A DNA stretch of 63,790 nt, the filler included, from Collodictyon triciliatum (Eukaryota), in NCBI GenBank assembly GCA_043381765.1. It is 9 parts of 9 records of this genome, joined end to end, with 100 filler letters (N's around TTAATTAATTAA, not from the genome) between each part and the next. Parts side by side here need not be neighbours in the genome. Positions count along the whole stretch, not along the records: positions 45,304 to 53,646 come from JBHJMP010003470.1; positions 53,747 to 62,102 come from JBHJMP010003471.1; positions 62,203 to 63,790 come from JBHJMP010003649.1; 6 more parts are not named here. One strand, given 5' to 3'. The stretch's first letter is position 1, and every line of letters starts with the position of its first letter. The translations under genes and the position numbers were made by a program. Shown here piece after piece: positions 50,724-63,790 of this stretch. The notes below the pieces were generated by a model. The model worked only from the letters and a program-made list of their open reading frames with translations. It searched no databases and was not told the origin of the DNA.

Positions 50724-51380
50724 TGTTGTAAACTGTGATTTTCCCTTTGGGGTTGAAATGTGGAGTGAAATGTTATGCGCGACGCCTCAGTCTTGTTGAA
50801 CTTTCGAATCTCTGAAGGGTCCCAATAAACAGTATCCACAATTGGTCCCAAGGATATAATCATGTGAACATTGCGGGTTGATAATTCTCGGTAAAGGTCA
50901 GGCAGGTTATCAGGAAGGGGCCACTGAATAGCCCCGATATTTGAGGAAATCCAGTTTCCCATCATGCTGATGTGGTTGTATTTGTACGGAATTATATTAG
51001 AGAATCTTATTTTCTCTTGATGACTTTGCTCATGTAATTTATGTGTATTCCTTTCTAGCGATTGCAAGTCTCCTGTAATGTAGCATTGGCACAAATGAAT
51101 CAGCCTTGCAAATTCAGGGTTGAGTGAATCAAATAGATGATCGATATTTGGATATTGTGCTATGGGTGATTCTCGTGAAGGTGCAAATATATTTTTGACA
51201 TCGCTGGCATCACGAATAATCTCTTGGAGATGACATTTTAAGTAGAATGATGCAATGGCCCTGGAAATCTCTTGTTTTTTAGAGGAATCGCCATCTGGTG
51301 CGGCAAGGTTTTCAAGCCACTCACTTATTGAATTCGTATAGAACTTTTCGATTTCTTCGGGTATTTCTCTTTTAAAACCC
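50724..51380 (-). CDS. Exon encoding the N-terminal part of a divergent classical protein-tyrosine phosphatase domain; the rest lies in an N gap
   Basis: KIRFSNIIPYKYNHI (KNRY.NILPYD-like), AIQWPLPDNLPDLYREL..NVHMIISL..YWDP (ATQGPLP.T..DFW.M....V..IVML..YWP-like). Confidence 0.6.
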
Positions 51381-53746
51381 TGCATCAAATATAATAAATA
51401 CAATGAGATATCATGGCGATTTTTTTTTGTTTTTAGCTACTGGTCGAGTGATTATGGTGGTATCTGTAATAGGGATAAAAAGAACGTCTAAGCAAAGCGC
51501 AATAGGCAGTATTATTGGTATCATAGAGAAATAAATAAAGGGTTAGAAAACAAGCAAAGAAGCCAGAAAATGAACAGGAATGAAAATGAATGAGCAGATA
51601 ATTATGCATATGAAGTGTTCTTTGATTTTAAGTACAAACGGAATCGACACTGCCACTTTCAGTGGGAACCTCGCTGCTAGTTGGGTGAGTGCGATCGCTC
51701 GGTGTCCCCTTCCCTCTTGACTCCTCCTGCCAAGGAGTATCACTTGAGCCGGCTTTACTTGAAAGACTTGAATTGGATCCCATAGAAGAGCTAAGAGGAT
51801 TTTCAATGCAACCATAATAACTTGCAAGATTAGAAGATTGATCGGAGGGGGAAGGGCGATGGACTGAAATGAGTCGTATAGTTTACTACGGCGTTGAAAG
51901 GGATGTTTTTGCCTGGGTTCAGGAACAAAGTCTCGTTGTACCGCTCATAAACTTATGGTGGTTAGAGTACTGCCTCTGCGGGTTCTTTGAAAGCTCCTAC
52001 CCCACGCGATCAACATCGCCACGCCCTTCACCACCTCTGATCTCGTGTGGATTCGCGAAGCAAGACTTATCTCGTGCCTCACAACAAACGACTGTAATGT
52101 CAACATAACCCACAATTCCATTTTACGTACACTAGCATAAGTTTATAAACCTATAGACACGTTGATGGAGGAGGGGTCTAACTTCTTGGGACAAAGGTGC
52201 TATGCTGATGTGTTACTTCGCACAACACTCGATATACAAGTACAATGCGATGTTAACACGTCCGCCAACGTGTCGGTCCGTTAGGATACTTAGCGGGGAG
52301 CAATCCCACTCTTCGTCTGTGTGGGCGTCGCAGAGGGCGATGTACGGTACTTGTCAAATTGACGGTTCCTACATTCGCTTGTTTGCCATGAGATTCCTCA
52401 TAATGCGTGTCTCCAACTTGGATTCGTTGCATGCTAATCGTCTTAGCTCTGGTGAATCCTTCTCTGCGACATTGTTCTGCACAGACTGTCCATTAGAATG
52501 TCTCTCATCGGATATCCTAATGGCCGGGCCCCAAAGGAGCCTGCAAAAACACCTGGCGCCATCACCTCCCCAACGAAGCCAACCCCCCAAGTTTTTTTTT
52601 AAAAAAATTTTTCTTTTATTTCACCAACTATTTATCATTTTCAGAGTCACGAGAGAAGGCATGGCAATATTTTCTTGCAGTCGATCGTAATATACATCTC
52701 GGTTATGCTTCAGCAATGTCCATCGTGAAAACAGAAACATTGGGATAAAATAAACCATTCGCCCAATCTAAGCTACTTTGGTTGCGGCACTTCCACGTTG
52801 TTGGGCTCATGGTCCGGATAGTTATCGGGGTATGTAATCTATCTTTTGCCAGAAGGCAGAATTATTTCCTCGTTTAAAATAAATACGAGGAGGTGGCAAT
52901 CTCATGATTTTTTATTATGAAAAAGAAGTTGTAGTATTATTAACTATATACTATAGAGGTAATAATACTACAGATGCACCCTTTCTCTTGTGGACAGTTG
53001 CGCCCATGTTACAGATAAATATATTTAGTAAGAAGTAAAATTATGCTACGTTTCGATGCTGCTTTATTTCCCCCAATTTTTCTTTTTCTTTTTGTTATTA
53101 TTATTATTACTATTTTTTTCTTATTCTCCCTTTCAATTTGCGCAAGATGAGTAATGTTTTTTGCGTTCACGTGTTAGCTTTAAGACAGCACAACCCATGC
53201 GGGTTTTTTCTTTTATGGCCAGTATTTTCTTTTCGTACACCCTACATAAAGTGAGGGAAATTATGGCTTTGATTCTTTAAGCTCTAAATGTCAGATCATG
53301 TTTTATGAAAAGAATTGGCGACGTGGCACTCGATCCCAAAGGCTGCCAGCCGGAGCGAGAGAACACATATGACAAAAACCACCGCATCTAGTGCGACCAA
53401 CAACCCTTTTCTATTCCCCCGTCCTCGTTCCTTTCTTTATCTGTTTTCTTTGCTGTTCTTTGTTGTTCTTTGTTCTTTGCTGTTCTTCTTTCCTCTTCTT
53501 CTTTCTTCTTCTTCTTCTTTCTTCTTCTTTCTTCTTCTTTCTTCTTCTTCTTCTTCTTTCTTCTTCTTTCTTCTTCTTTCTTCTTCTTTCTTCTTCTTTC
53601 TTCTTCTTTCTTCTTCTTTCTTCTTCTTTCTTCTTCTTTCTTCTTCNNNNNNNNNNNNNNNNNNNNNNNNNNNNNNNNNNNNNNNNNNNNTTAATTAATT
53701 AANNNNNNNNNNNNNNNNNNNNNNNNNNNNNNNNNNNNNNNNNNNN

Positions 53747-56700
53747 CCATATTTTGGTGGTGGAGTTTTTAGCGGCAAAGTCGGAATTGAGAGTGCATAG
53801 TTAATGCGATGCAGCACTTCGCCAGAGTCTGGAAGAGATTAAAAGGGCGACTTAGAATATTGGAATTCAAAAAATTAACAAATCATTTCATCCATCAATT
53901 ATAAAAATCAGACATGTAAGCCTTATGAACACTGATGAATACCCAAATCTATCACAATCACATCATTCAAGACTTCCTGTCGATAGCCACCAAAGATATG
54001 AAGCTCATTGTTTTTTTGGCCATACGCAAATGATTGTCTTCCAAATCGGCATATTGCTCCCTCGTCCGAGCACTCAAGACACTTGTTTAGCTTTATTTCA
54101 TGAATTTCCGAGTTTTTCATAACTAATTAACCGTTCATATTGATTAAAATCACTACCTCTATTATACAACATCTTTAATTTACATACAATTGAGAAAACT
54201 CGATTAATTAAGTTGATACCTTCATCCATCTTGACTAAAGATTCAGAATCGAAGAGCCCGTCACTTCCGCCGAATAGAATGTATTTACCACTTCTCTTGA
54301 GTAGGGAGCCATATACTCTCGGATATTCCATGTCATTTTTTGCAATTGTTTTCCAAGTGTCAGACCCTGAAATATTCATTCGATTTTTTTTTAAAAAGTA
54401 GCAATTCCGAAAAAAGAACGACTTGAATATTTTCTTACTTGGATGATATTTGTAGATACTCTCAATCAAGGTCCCATTTTCCTGTATCCAAATAATTTTG
54501 TTGGATTTAGAGACAATTATTAATCATCAACCGAGCAATCAAAGTAACTTACATGCTTCCCACCATAAACGTATATATAATCTTCATCACTTAGACATTG
54601 ACTTCCGATAAATGATGATGGTGATTTCGACATTCTCTTCCATTCAAATTGTGCAGCATTAAATTGATAGACGTAATTATCTGGTTCGAAGGTTTTCCCT
54701 CCAATCAAAACACCCGAAACATTCAACGACACAAAACAAAACTGAATTCTGGGTCGAGGTAGATTTCCGACAATATTCACATGATTCCATCTTGAATTGG
54801 CTGGAGGAAAAGAATTATCAAATACAGGAATTTCTTGACATATTCGCATACTATAGATAGAATTTTAGTGGAATACCTGTAGTGTTTGTAAAGTAGACCA
54901 CGCTCATGGGATGGTACATGCCATAATCATTTACATCCGAAGAAGCGCTTCCTCCGATAACAAAGATATTGGAATCAATCAAGGCTGCACTCCCAAATAT
55001 CACTGGAGGTAGTTCCGTGCTCAACTCTAAAGATTCACTTTGCCTCATCTTGTGTATATCTGTGCAGTTATTTTACTATTAAATTCTCGTGAAACGAAAT
55101 ATATTACTTGAATGAGAATTTGATTATGTTGATGTTTACCGTTCATTCCTTTTGGCATATCTTCATAAATGCATGTGTTCTTCAGATGGGAAATTGATTT
55201 TAATTACACGTTTGAATTATTGGCACTATTTTATATTACGAAATTCAAAAAAAATTGAGAAATAATATTAATGGCCTTACTTGATTCTCCCTTGGTTGGT
55301 GCATTCCTTTCGGACATGGGACACATTCACCTCGAAAATTAATAAAGTTTCCAGATGGACAAATACACCCAGACAGGTTTGAGATGAAGCCAATCTGACA
55401 ACCTATCAATCCAAATAAATTATTGGTTGATAATTTCTTTAAATTGATGTTTAATATAGTTTTTAATATCCCAATTACCAAATAATTTAACTGAGAATCC
55501 CTCATCTGGAATTCCATCTCCATCCACACGGAAAGAAAGCCTAGAGTTCCCAGATGCGATGTAGATGGATGTCCCTTTTTCCAGACTTGATATATCGAGC
55601 TACATCCCACCACAAGTGTTTTAGATTACAAATTGATTTTTATGAGTTGATTCGTTTTCATTTCTTTTTTTACATTTTTTACATGTTTTTGAAATGCTAT
55701 GATAAATACTGTCTAGTAACAAGAGTATGGCCTCCATTTAACTTACCCTTCTAGATTTGGTTTTATTGAAGGATATGACTCCATCGCATTGTGTAATTGT
55801 TTCCAAAATGAGCTGCGCGCCTTTACTCAATTTCATATGCTCAATCTAAATTAAAAATTCACGGAATTGGTTTAGAAACATCTATTAACATAATTTATCA
55901 AAAATCAACACCTAATAATTTAGAAATCAATTAAATATCTTACCACGATATAGTTTGTGCTCGATACAATCCATGTGCATTCAGAATTTGGATAGTACTT
56001 ATAATCTCCACTTCCATCAGATATAGTGAGGTCATTGGCTGTAATGTATGAGGTTCCTCGGCACCAAAGTTTGCCTGAATTATTTTCATGGTTAGTAAGT
56101 TGTAAATTTAGACTCCGTCTTAGACAATCTTCGCTTTATGTCTCAATAATATAATAAGTTTCAAGTGTTTTCATATTTAAACTCAAAACCTACTCAAATC
56201 AAGTGAGTACATTCCATTTGTGGTGGCACTCTCCGCATCGCCTCCAAACATGTATATTTTACCAGATAATAAAATGGAAGAAGAGTATACCCTTCCTGGT
56301 GCTGTGGTTGTTTGTCCTGCAATGGTACTCCACTTTCCAGAATGCACTGAAATTTGATGAAAAATGATTATGTGCGTTGTCATGCAGCAAAAAAATTTCC
56401 GTTATTTCTATCGTCATAAAATAATTTATCGGAATAGAAAAAAAAATTAATAAAAAAGTATCATTCATTCGAAATTCATGACATTTTACCATCACTTATC
56501 CAAAAATCTCGGGTTATGTAATCTAGATTGTTAAATCCTCCAAAAATAAAATAATGAACGTCGTATCCAAGAATCACTGGGTAATCAGAGACACTTGCTG
56601 GCACTTTTCCCACCAAATTCCAAACATTTTCTCCTTTAAAATAAAAGCAATAATTTTAATATTTATTTCATCCAAAAATAATTTCAATATATTTGATGTT

Positions 56701-59477
56701 ATCTCACCTAGGCAAAAAATAATTCAAATACCTTCCTCCCAACACCACATTTCTCTAGTAGGTGTCATTGTGACTTTAAGTATATAATCGGAGAAACAGA
56801 ATTGATTCTGACCATAGAACCCTTGGGGATAAGCTCTCAGTAGAGGAGAATTTCTCGCGTCAACCCATTTAAGACCCAGAGATTCAGCCATATCAAAAGC
56901 GAGTATATTTTCACTCACTACTGCTGAAGAGTTAACATTCAATCCCCCCCATATCAGTAGTTTGTTGTTTTTGATTATGGAGCTCGCCCTATATCTTGTT
57001 CCCATCTCATAGTAAAGGTCTGAAGCAGGCATCATCAACAGTGACCATTTTTTTGATTCTGTAAAATTTTATATGAAGTTTGTAATGAGATTTGTAATGA
57101 GATTTGTGATTAGGCATATGATGAGATATTCAAAAGATAATACTGAATGAAAATTGTTTCATCGTGGGGCCGTAGTAATCTTTTATATATCCACCAACAA
57201 GATAAGCACTGGCGTTCCAATATCCAAAAGCCTTAAGAAAAATTCATTAATTTTGAGTAAAATTTTAATTGATTACAAAGTGGTTTATTGAATGCTTATA
57301 AGTTACAGCATATAGAACCGCTGGCGAGCAATCAGACTGGCTTGGAGAACAAAGCGATTCTCGGTGAATCAAGTTCCATTTCTTTGAATCTATTCGTGAT
57401 GAAAATAATCAGGCTGAGGCGACTGTAATAAGTTGATTTAAAGATGGTGAATTAAATAATGAAAAATTCATATTTAGTGACTTTTAGAAACATATTTGCA
57501 CTACCTGTTCGATAAATCCACATGTCATTTATCGGCTGGTAGGATGAATAGCACACCTGTCCACCAAACAGAAGAATCTCAGAACTTGAGATTTTTGATA
57601 GATGACCATATCTCCTAGAAAGGGGGTAACTCGACAGACTGCTGTTGGTCCAACTCTTTGTGTCTATTTTATTTTTATATTAAATCTTTTACGTTAAAAT
57701 ATTTTGATTTCAGAAGTAATTAAAAAATCTATGAAGTTCTCGAATTATGGAATGATACCTATGTCAAAAATCCAGAAGTCATTTTGATAACAGTAGCTTG
57801 CAGCTCCAGAAACGACTATTTTTTTACCAACCAATGTGGATGATGCAAAGTATCGAGGAGACGGAGTTACAATAGGGTAATTTGAGAGATATGAAGGCGT
57901 CACCCCGTTGATAACTGTAACTTCATAAGTCTCTGTACATATACAGAAAGTTGTATAAAAAATATTTTAATGCAAAAAAGGCTGTTAATGTAACCAAAGT
58001 ATGCCATAAATGGAGTATTTTAACTCATAATAATTAAACTCCTTTTCACATGGATTGAACAGAAGACATGTTATATGGACTCAGTAAATTACTTAGATCA
58101 ACGATGATGATATCACTGGACGGTTTACTTGTGCCAGCATCATAAGCCCCTCCAAATATGTAAATGGAGTCGCCATAGACGCTGGAAGAACCAAAAACGA
58201 CTGGTTTGAAATTTAGAAGCCACACTGGTGCTTTCCATCGATTCTCGGCTTATAAAACATAGGAAAGTAATAATTTTAGTCACGTTCACAGTAATTACAT
58301 ACACGTATACTGGTTATGGTGCTAATGAGATTGGTTACTTATGTTATATGTCCATATCACTGGTTGGAGAATGCTATTTCTGTTGTACCCAGCGATTATC
58401 ACCATTGAGTCTTTGTAGGCAGACATATGTGTGTAATGCACTGTAGGTGCGTTCTTTGCGTTATCATCTACTGGTACTATGCTTGTCCATACTTTTGATA
58501 CTGCCAATTAAAATAGAAAATCAATAGGAAGAACAATAGACGGTAAAAGTGCGTGCAATTAATAATAATAAAAATTTTAATACAAATGAGAACCTATGTC
58601 ATACGACCACAATTCGGTGCTAGATGAACCCGTAAATCCACCATAAATGTATATCTTGTTTCCATACGCTGCCGACTGAATAAGCTCACGTTTAGACGGA
58701 ACCACACCAGGCGCGTACATCTCCTTTCTCCATTTGAATGTGCCCAAGTCAAGAACATACATGTCATTGATATCTCCTGCTCCACTGGGAAGACGTCCTC
58801 CAAATAGGAACAGCTGTTCGGTATGATAATTCAATATTTCCGCGATTCAAAACGTTCTTTCAAAATGGTTTCGAGTGTGACAAACGGAATGATATTACCG
58901 CATTATTGTGGGAGCAAAGAGAGTAGAAGACCATTCTTGGTGGATAATCACCCATTGTTACTATCGAGCTCCACTCAAGTGTTGCTTTTACACAGATAAT
59001 TAGATGATGAGTAATATCAGTGGAAACAATTACTTATGGTATGTTGTTGAATTCAAGTTACTTGTATTCAAAGCCCATATACGGCGATAAACCAGGATAT
59101 CATTTCCACTCTCGGACGTGCGACTAGTTTTTATGGTTATAAGCATAGTTTAGATGATTTAAAAGATTTCGCTATGTTACGTAAGTCTCATACAAGGTTC
59201 CAAGAACATAGGCAGTGTCCTTGCCAGCTGCTATTTGGACAGGTCCGAATTCGATTGGATAATTTGACTCATAGTCCCAGCCTGCAACGTCAAGCATGAA
59301 CACCAGGAAGAAAACTTCAAAGAGCAGTTAAAATGAATTATTTTTTTTTAATCAGTGTGATGCATCCAGCACAATACCTCCCAAAATTCCCTGTTGGCAA
59401 AAAGCGAACGGGGCCAGCAAGAGCGTTACAAGAATAATAACAGCAGACGAGAACGCAGGTTTTTCGTTGTGCTCCAT
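53747..59477 (-). CDS. Secreted or cell-surface Kelch-repeat + CUB + Cys-rich protein (attractin/MEGF8-like), 3'-truncated
   Basis: Signal peptide MEHNEKPAFSSAVIILVTLLLAPFAFC; many GG-containing Kelch blades (LFLFGGR, IYIYGGF, LLIWGGL, IYMFGGD); CUB-like ISDGSGDYKYYPNSECTWIV; CICPSG..CVPCPKGMHQP; further Kelch blades. Confidence 0.8.
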
Positions 59478-60600
59478 GGCGGCTTCTAGATATGCACAAC
59501 AGCTTAATTAACTTGTGTTCGAAAAAAAAAATAGTGCAGCCTTTGGTAAAACCAGCCCCTTCAAAATGAAAAAATAATATTTGTGTAATACAAATCCAGT
59601 GCGCTATTATGTGCATTTCTCTCCCCTGGGCATATTTGCCTCGTCCCTCGGCATTGGTTCTCGGAGCCTCTTGCCTGTGAGGAGTTGGGCTGGAACCACA
59701 CGCCACGGCACGAAAGTCTTGCACACACCAGACCGAAAGGCAGCGCCCATTATTCGCAGGCGAGTGGTCAACACAACAGGTTTGATTGGTCAGTGAGTTT
59801 TGTTGGCGTGAATAGGTATAGTTTCCAATGCCGAAGCTGTCTTTTCCAACGCAACGGAGAATTTGTCCCCGGAGAAACATCGAACTGATTCTTTATTAAA
59901 AAAAAAAATGAGAAGAGCACTACGCCCACTTTCGGAGAGAATATAATGGAAAAAATCCATTAAAGTATAAAGTTTTGATAAATAAAACGAATATATCCAT
60001 AAAAGGGAAATCTCGAGATTGTTTTTGACATTTGACATTTGTTCATTGAAAAATACATCTGTAACCATTTTAGAACCGAACTTGAGATCACTATTTCCAT
60101 AAAATGAATAACATATGTGGATATTGCCGAACGTTCTAGACGTCGAACTAACCTAATGTGGATTAATTGCATTCAGTTTCTGGAAATTACTAATCAACTC
60201 CACACAAAGCACAAATCCATCCGTTCCTTCAGAATAAACAACGCAGTCCACATGACTCTCAGCCGCCCGCGCTTTGTTACCCAACAGACAACACCAAGCG
60301 AGAAGACGCAGACAAGAAAGCAAGAAAGACACAAACTGAGAAAAAAAAAAATACGAGTCTCATGATCAAAGAAAAGAAACGACTGAAGACAGCCTGAAAC
60401 GACTCTCGATCGTGACGAGATCCGCACCCACAGAGATCAGTCGCAGAGGACTTTGATCCAACAAAAACAGACTTTATCCTTCCTTTTTTTTTATTTTCTT
60501 TATTATACTTTCTTTTTTTCTATTTTTTTCTTTCTTGATCCTTTATTTTTTTTTCCCTATAGACATACGATCCGTCCGATCAGCGCACTGCTCTCCAAGA

Positions 60601-61960
60601 ATGTGCCCTTCACAGAAAACTGCCACGCTCGCCTTTGTCCTTGCGCTTCACTTATTGCAAGTCTGGGCCGAATCTGTGGTTCCAGTGCCATACGATGTTG
60701 CACTTCGCCAAGGCCGACGCAAAACGATGTATGACTTCCAACGAGTTGTTCAGGATATCCCCGTTCTTGCTCGGGAGCTGCATCACTACAACACTAGCCT
60801 CGAGTGGACTGAGAGTGAAGAAACCAAGCCTTCGTTCGGGTACTTTCTGCTATATGAAAACTGCAGTGTTGTGCAAGATTTTTAATTATTCTTTGTTCAT
60901 TCTTCCAATTGGCATGGATGGCTTTACTTTTACATAAAGACGGACACCTTTGTGTTATTAACTTGTTTTTTCTTTTCTTTTTCTTTTGAAAAATATAATA
61001 TATATATTGAAGGTTATTGTCAGGGTGTTGGGACTGTGAATTATTTCTATGATTTTTTATGAAATGACTGAAGCATACGATAAGCTTAAAGAAACCATTT
61101 ATATGTTGGATCCGTAGCTATTTTGCTCTCTTTGATGGCCATGAAGAGGAGGATGCGGCAAGATTTTCTGCTGGGAGACTCCATCGCCACGTATCTGTTC
61201 ATCCCAGAATGTGGAAGGCTATTCGACAAGTTCTGAACCTGGCAGATGATGATGGTTTACACAGAGACCAGAAAACACATGAAATGATGCAAGAGTTGGA
61301 AGGTGTTGCCTATGAAGAGTACTCTACAAAACTTGGAGAAAAGAAACCTAAAACAGCTGCTGTAAGAATTAGCTCACCTGCTGGCTAATTGACCGGTTCT
61401 TTCTGCTCGGCCTAACATTCACTTATCTCGAAATATAGCAAGAAGACGATGAATATGACAATCTTGCTGCGGATGTTGCTGCTGCACTATCAGACTCGTT
61501 CGTGGAGACAGATAAAGAATTCATTCGCCGAGGAACGCGTGGAGGAACCACAGCGACTGTAGCAGTTGTCGCTGGGTCTGAACTCGTTGTTGCTTGGGTT
61601 GGTGACACTCGCGCTGTTCTTTGTTGTGATGGTAATATCCAACACATGTGAAGAATCACACGCTCTCTTTGTGATTTATAGGATTATTATTTTAATCAGA
61701 GTTCATGTTAAGTGATGCGATTAGAATGGAATGCATATGTGCATCATGTTTGTTTCTGCCTGTGTATTTTCAAAATTCTGTTCTATCTCTCTGATTGGTG
61801 AAAAAAAAAGTATATACTGTGGTATGAATTCTACTCATTTTTTAACGAAGTAATCAACCATCTCAATAGTTACACTGTTTATCAAATATATTCAAGCAAC
61901 CTCATTCAAATTTTAGGAAAGACAACTGCCGTACAACTCACTTCCGACCACCGCCCTACT
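60601..61960 (+). CDS. PP2C/PPM phosphatase with a predicted signal peptide, 3'-truncated
   Basis: MCPSQKTATLAFVLALHLLQVWA leader; QGRRKTMYD; YFALFDGHEE; SFVETDKEF; GGTTATVAVV..VAWVGDTRAVLC..QLTSDHRP. Confidence 0.85.
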
Positions 61961-62329
61961 GTGAGTTAATATACTCCTTTTATTTTATCTACTTTTTTTA
62001 TCTTCTTTTTTTATCTTCTTTTTTTATCTTCTTTTTTTATCTTCTTTTTTTATCTTCTTTTTTTATCTTCTTTTTTTATCTTCTTTTTTTATCTTCTTTT
62101 TTNNNNNNNNNNNNNNNNNNNNNNNNNNNNNNNNNNNNNNNNNNNNTTAATTAATTAANNNNNNNNNNNNNNNNNNNNNNNNNNNNNNNNNNNNNNNNNN
62201 NNAAAAAGGATGAAGTAATAATGTTTTTTTGTTTTTTTATGAATAAAAAAAGTGTTTTTTTGGTGTGTTTTTTTTTTTTTTTTTTGGTTTGTGGGGGGGG
62301 GGGGGGGGGGGGGGGCCTCAATAATACTA

Positions 62330-63604
62330 ACCATGCCGCTAGTAGGTTCATCCTATTGAGCCGGAAAAAAAAGGGACATTTTTAAGCACGAGTGTTGTAA
62401 TGCATTAAAAGTCGCATATCTAAGTTAGAATATCCATATTTGGGTTACCAAGAATATGAGCTTCGTTCCCCCGGTAAATGCGATTGCTACGCAAAGTTTT
62501 CTCTTCTGTCCGCCTGAGAGTGTCCGGCTGTAAGAGCCTGTTTTCTCATCCAAGCCGACTTCACGAATCCTTTGGGCAACATGTTCATTCCTTTCGGTAG
62601 CAGGGACGCCCTACATCAATTTCATCAACTGAATATGAAAAATAACACATGTAGACAATGCATAAGGACTGATGTTTCTGTCACACTAATGACTCAATTA
62701 ACGATGCATGTGGGGTTTAAGCATCCCAATGTGATAAAAGGGCTACTGGCCATGTATTCTTACCTTCAACGATGCAAACAGATGAATATGTTCCTCAACA
62801 GTCAAGTCATCCCAAAGGACGTTATGTTGTGGGCAATATCCGATGTTCTCACGAATTTTCTCTATGTCTTTCTGTTCGTGTTGATGGTTACATGACAAGA
62901 ATGAAATGCATAATAATATTGAAGCAAGATAAAGAAAGTGGGAATTGTCAGTGATTATTATTTTCTCCATAAGACCCAGACAAACTAGAATGCTGGATCC
63001 GTATATAACGGCATCTCCGGAGGTCGGAGCGACAAACCCTAATGTATTTATAGAATTTTAAATAATTAAAAATGAAAAAAGGAAGAAAAAAAAGGGGAAA
63101 AGGGAAGAAAAAGAACTATATTTACTCAGATAGTTGTATGTGAGTAACCTGTAAGCATGGACATCGTGGTGGTCTTCCCAGCTGTTATGGAAGAGAAGGG
63201 CAATGAATAAAATCATCTTTATACCATCATATCTTCGACATGACATAGACAAGGTATGAGTGGGAGTAGATCCTACCGCCGTTGTGCCCAAGGAGAGCAG
63301 TAATCTGATCTTCGTACATGACCAGGTTTAAATTCTTCACAGCAGTTTTGATGACAGGCGTGCCATGTGTGTTTATAGAAAAGTCCTTTCGGAGCTTCTT
63401 TATCTGGACAGTTGCCTTCGAGGCAATACTGGATGAAACACCTTCAGTGTTATCGTCCACTTCTTCCTCATCAACGAAGGTGGAGTAGGATTTGTTCCCT
63501 GCAAACTTATCATAGGGCGTCGAGGGCATCCAGTATGATGGCTGGAAGACAAAGTACCATTTGCGGCGTATGCCATGTTCGCGTGGGAGAACTTGCTCCA
63601 GGTA
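62330..63604 (-). CDS. ABCA: ABCA-family transporter, internal fragment with NBD1
   Basis: [92 protein letters not shown]. Confidence 0.92.
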
Positions 63605-63790
63605 CCTGGATTAGGTGTCAGTTGTCCATGAGCTTAACAGTATGCTGGAGAGGCACCCACAAAGGATGCATGAGCTATTCAGGGGGGGGGGGGGTTTAAA
63701 AAAGAAAAAAAAAAGAACAAAACAAAAGGGCGAAAAAAAAAAAAAAAGAAGAAAAAAAGAGTTACAAAATCCTCGTCCAGACAGACCCAC

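Overview
AT-rich, intron-dense eukaryotic DNA. Cilium- and centriole-associated LRRC49 and TSNAXIP1-like genes suggest a flagellated protist; the standard genetic code is used. The window is not contiguous: nine unrelated contigs (mostly about 8.35 kb) are joined by artificial N44-TTAATTAATTAA-N44 spacers, and most break at microsatellites. Recognisable spliced genes are two TSNAXIP1-like paralogues, an RGS-C2-DENN/AFI1-like fusion, LRRC49, ZNRD2/SSSCA1, a secreted bacterial-type alpha/beta hydrolase, a divergent PRPP synthetase, CENP-S, tepsin, a PTP-like exon, a secreted Kelch/CUB protein, a signal-peptide-bearing PP2C and an ABCA transporter. There is also a tRNA-Lys(CTT). The main find is a decayed Fanzor1 gene (eukaryotic TnpB-like RNA-guided nuclease) on the minus strand at about 42.3-44.2 kb, followed by a well-paired multi-stem structure (42214-42304) where its omegaRNA is expected. 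Also present are four copies of a short, variably 5'-truncated retroposon, each ending in a conserved 3' stem-loop and flanked by direct repeats. Family calls come from motif recognition by eye and exon boundaries are approximate.
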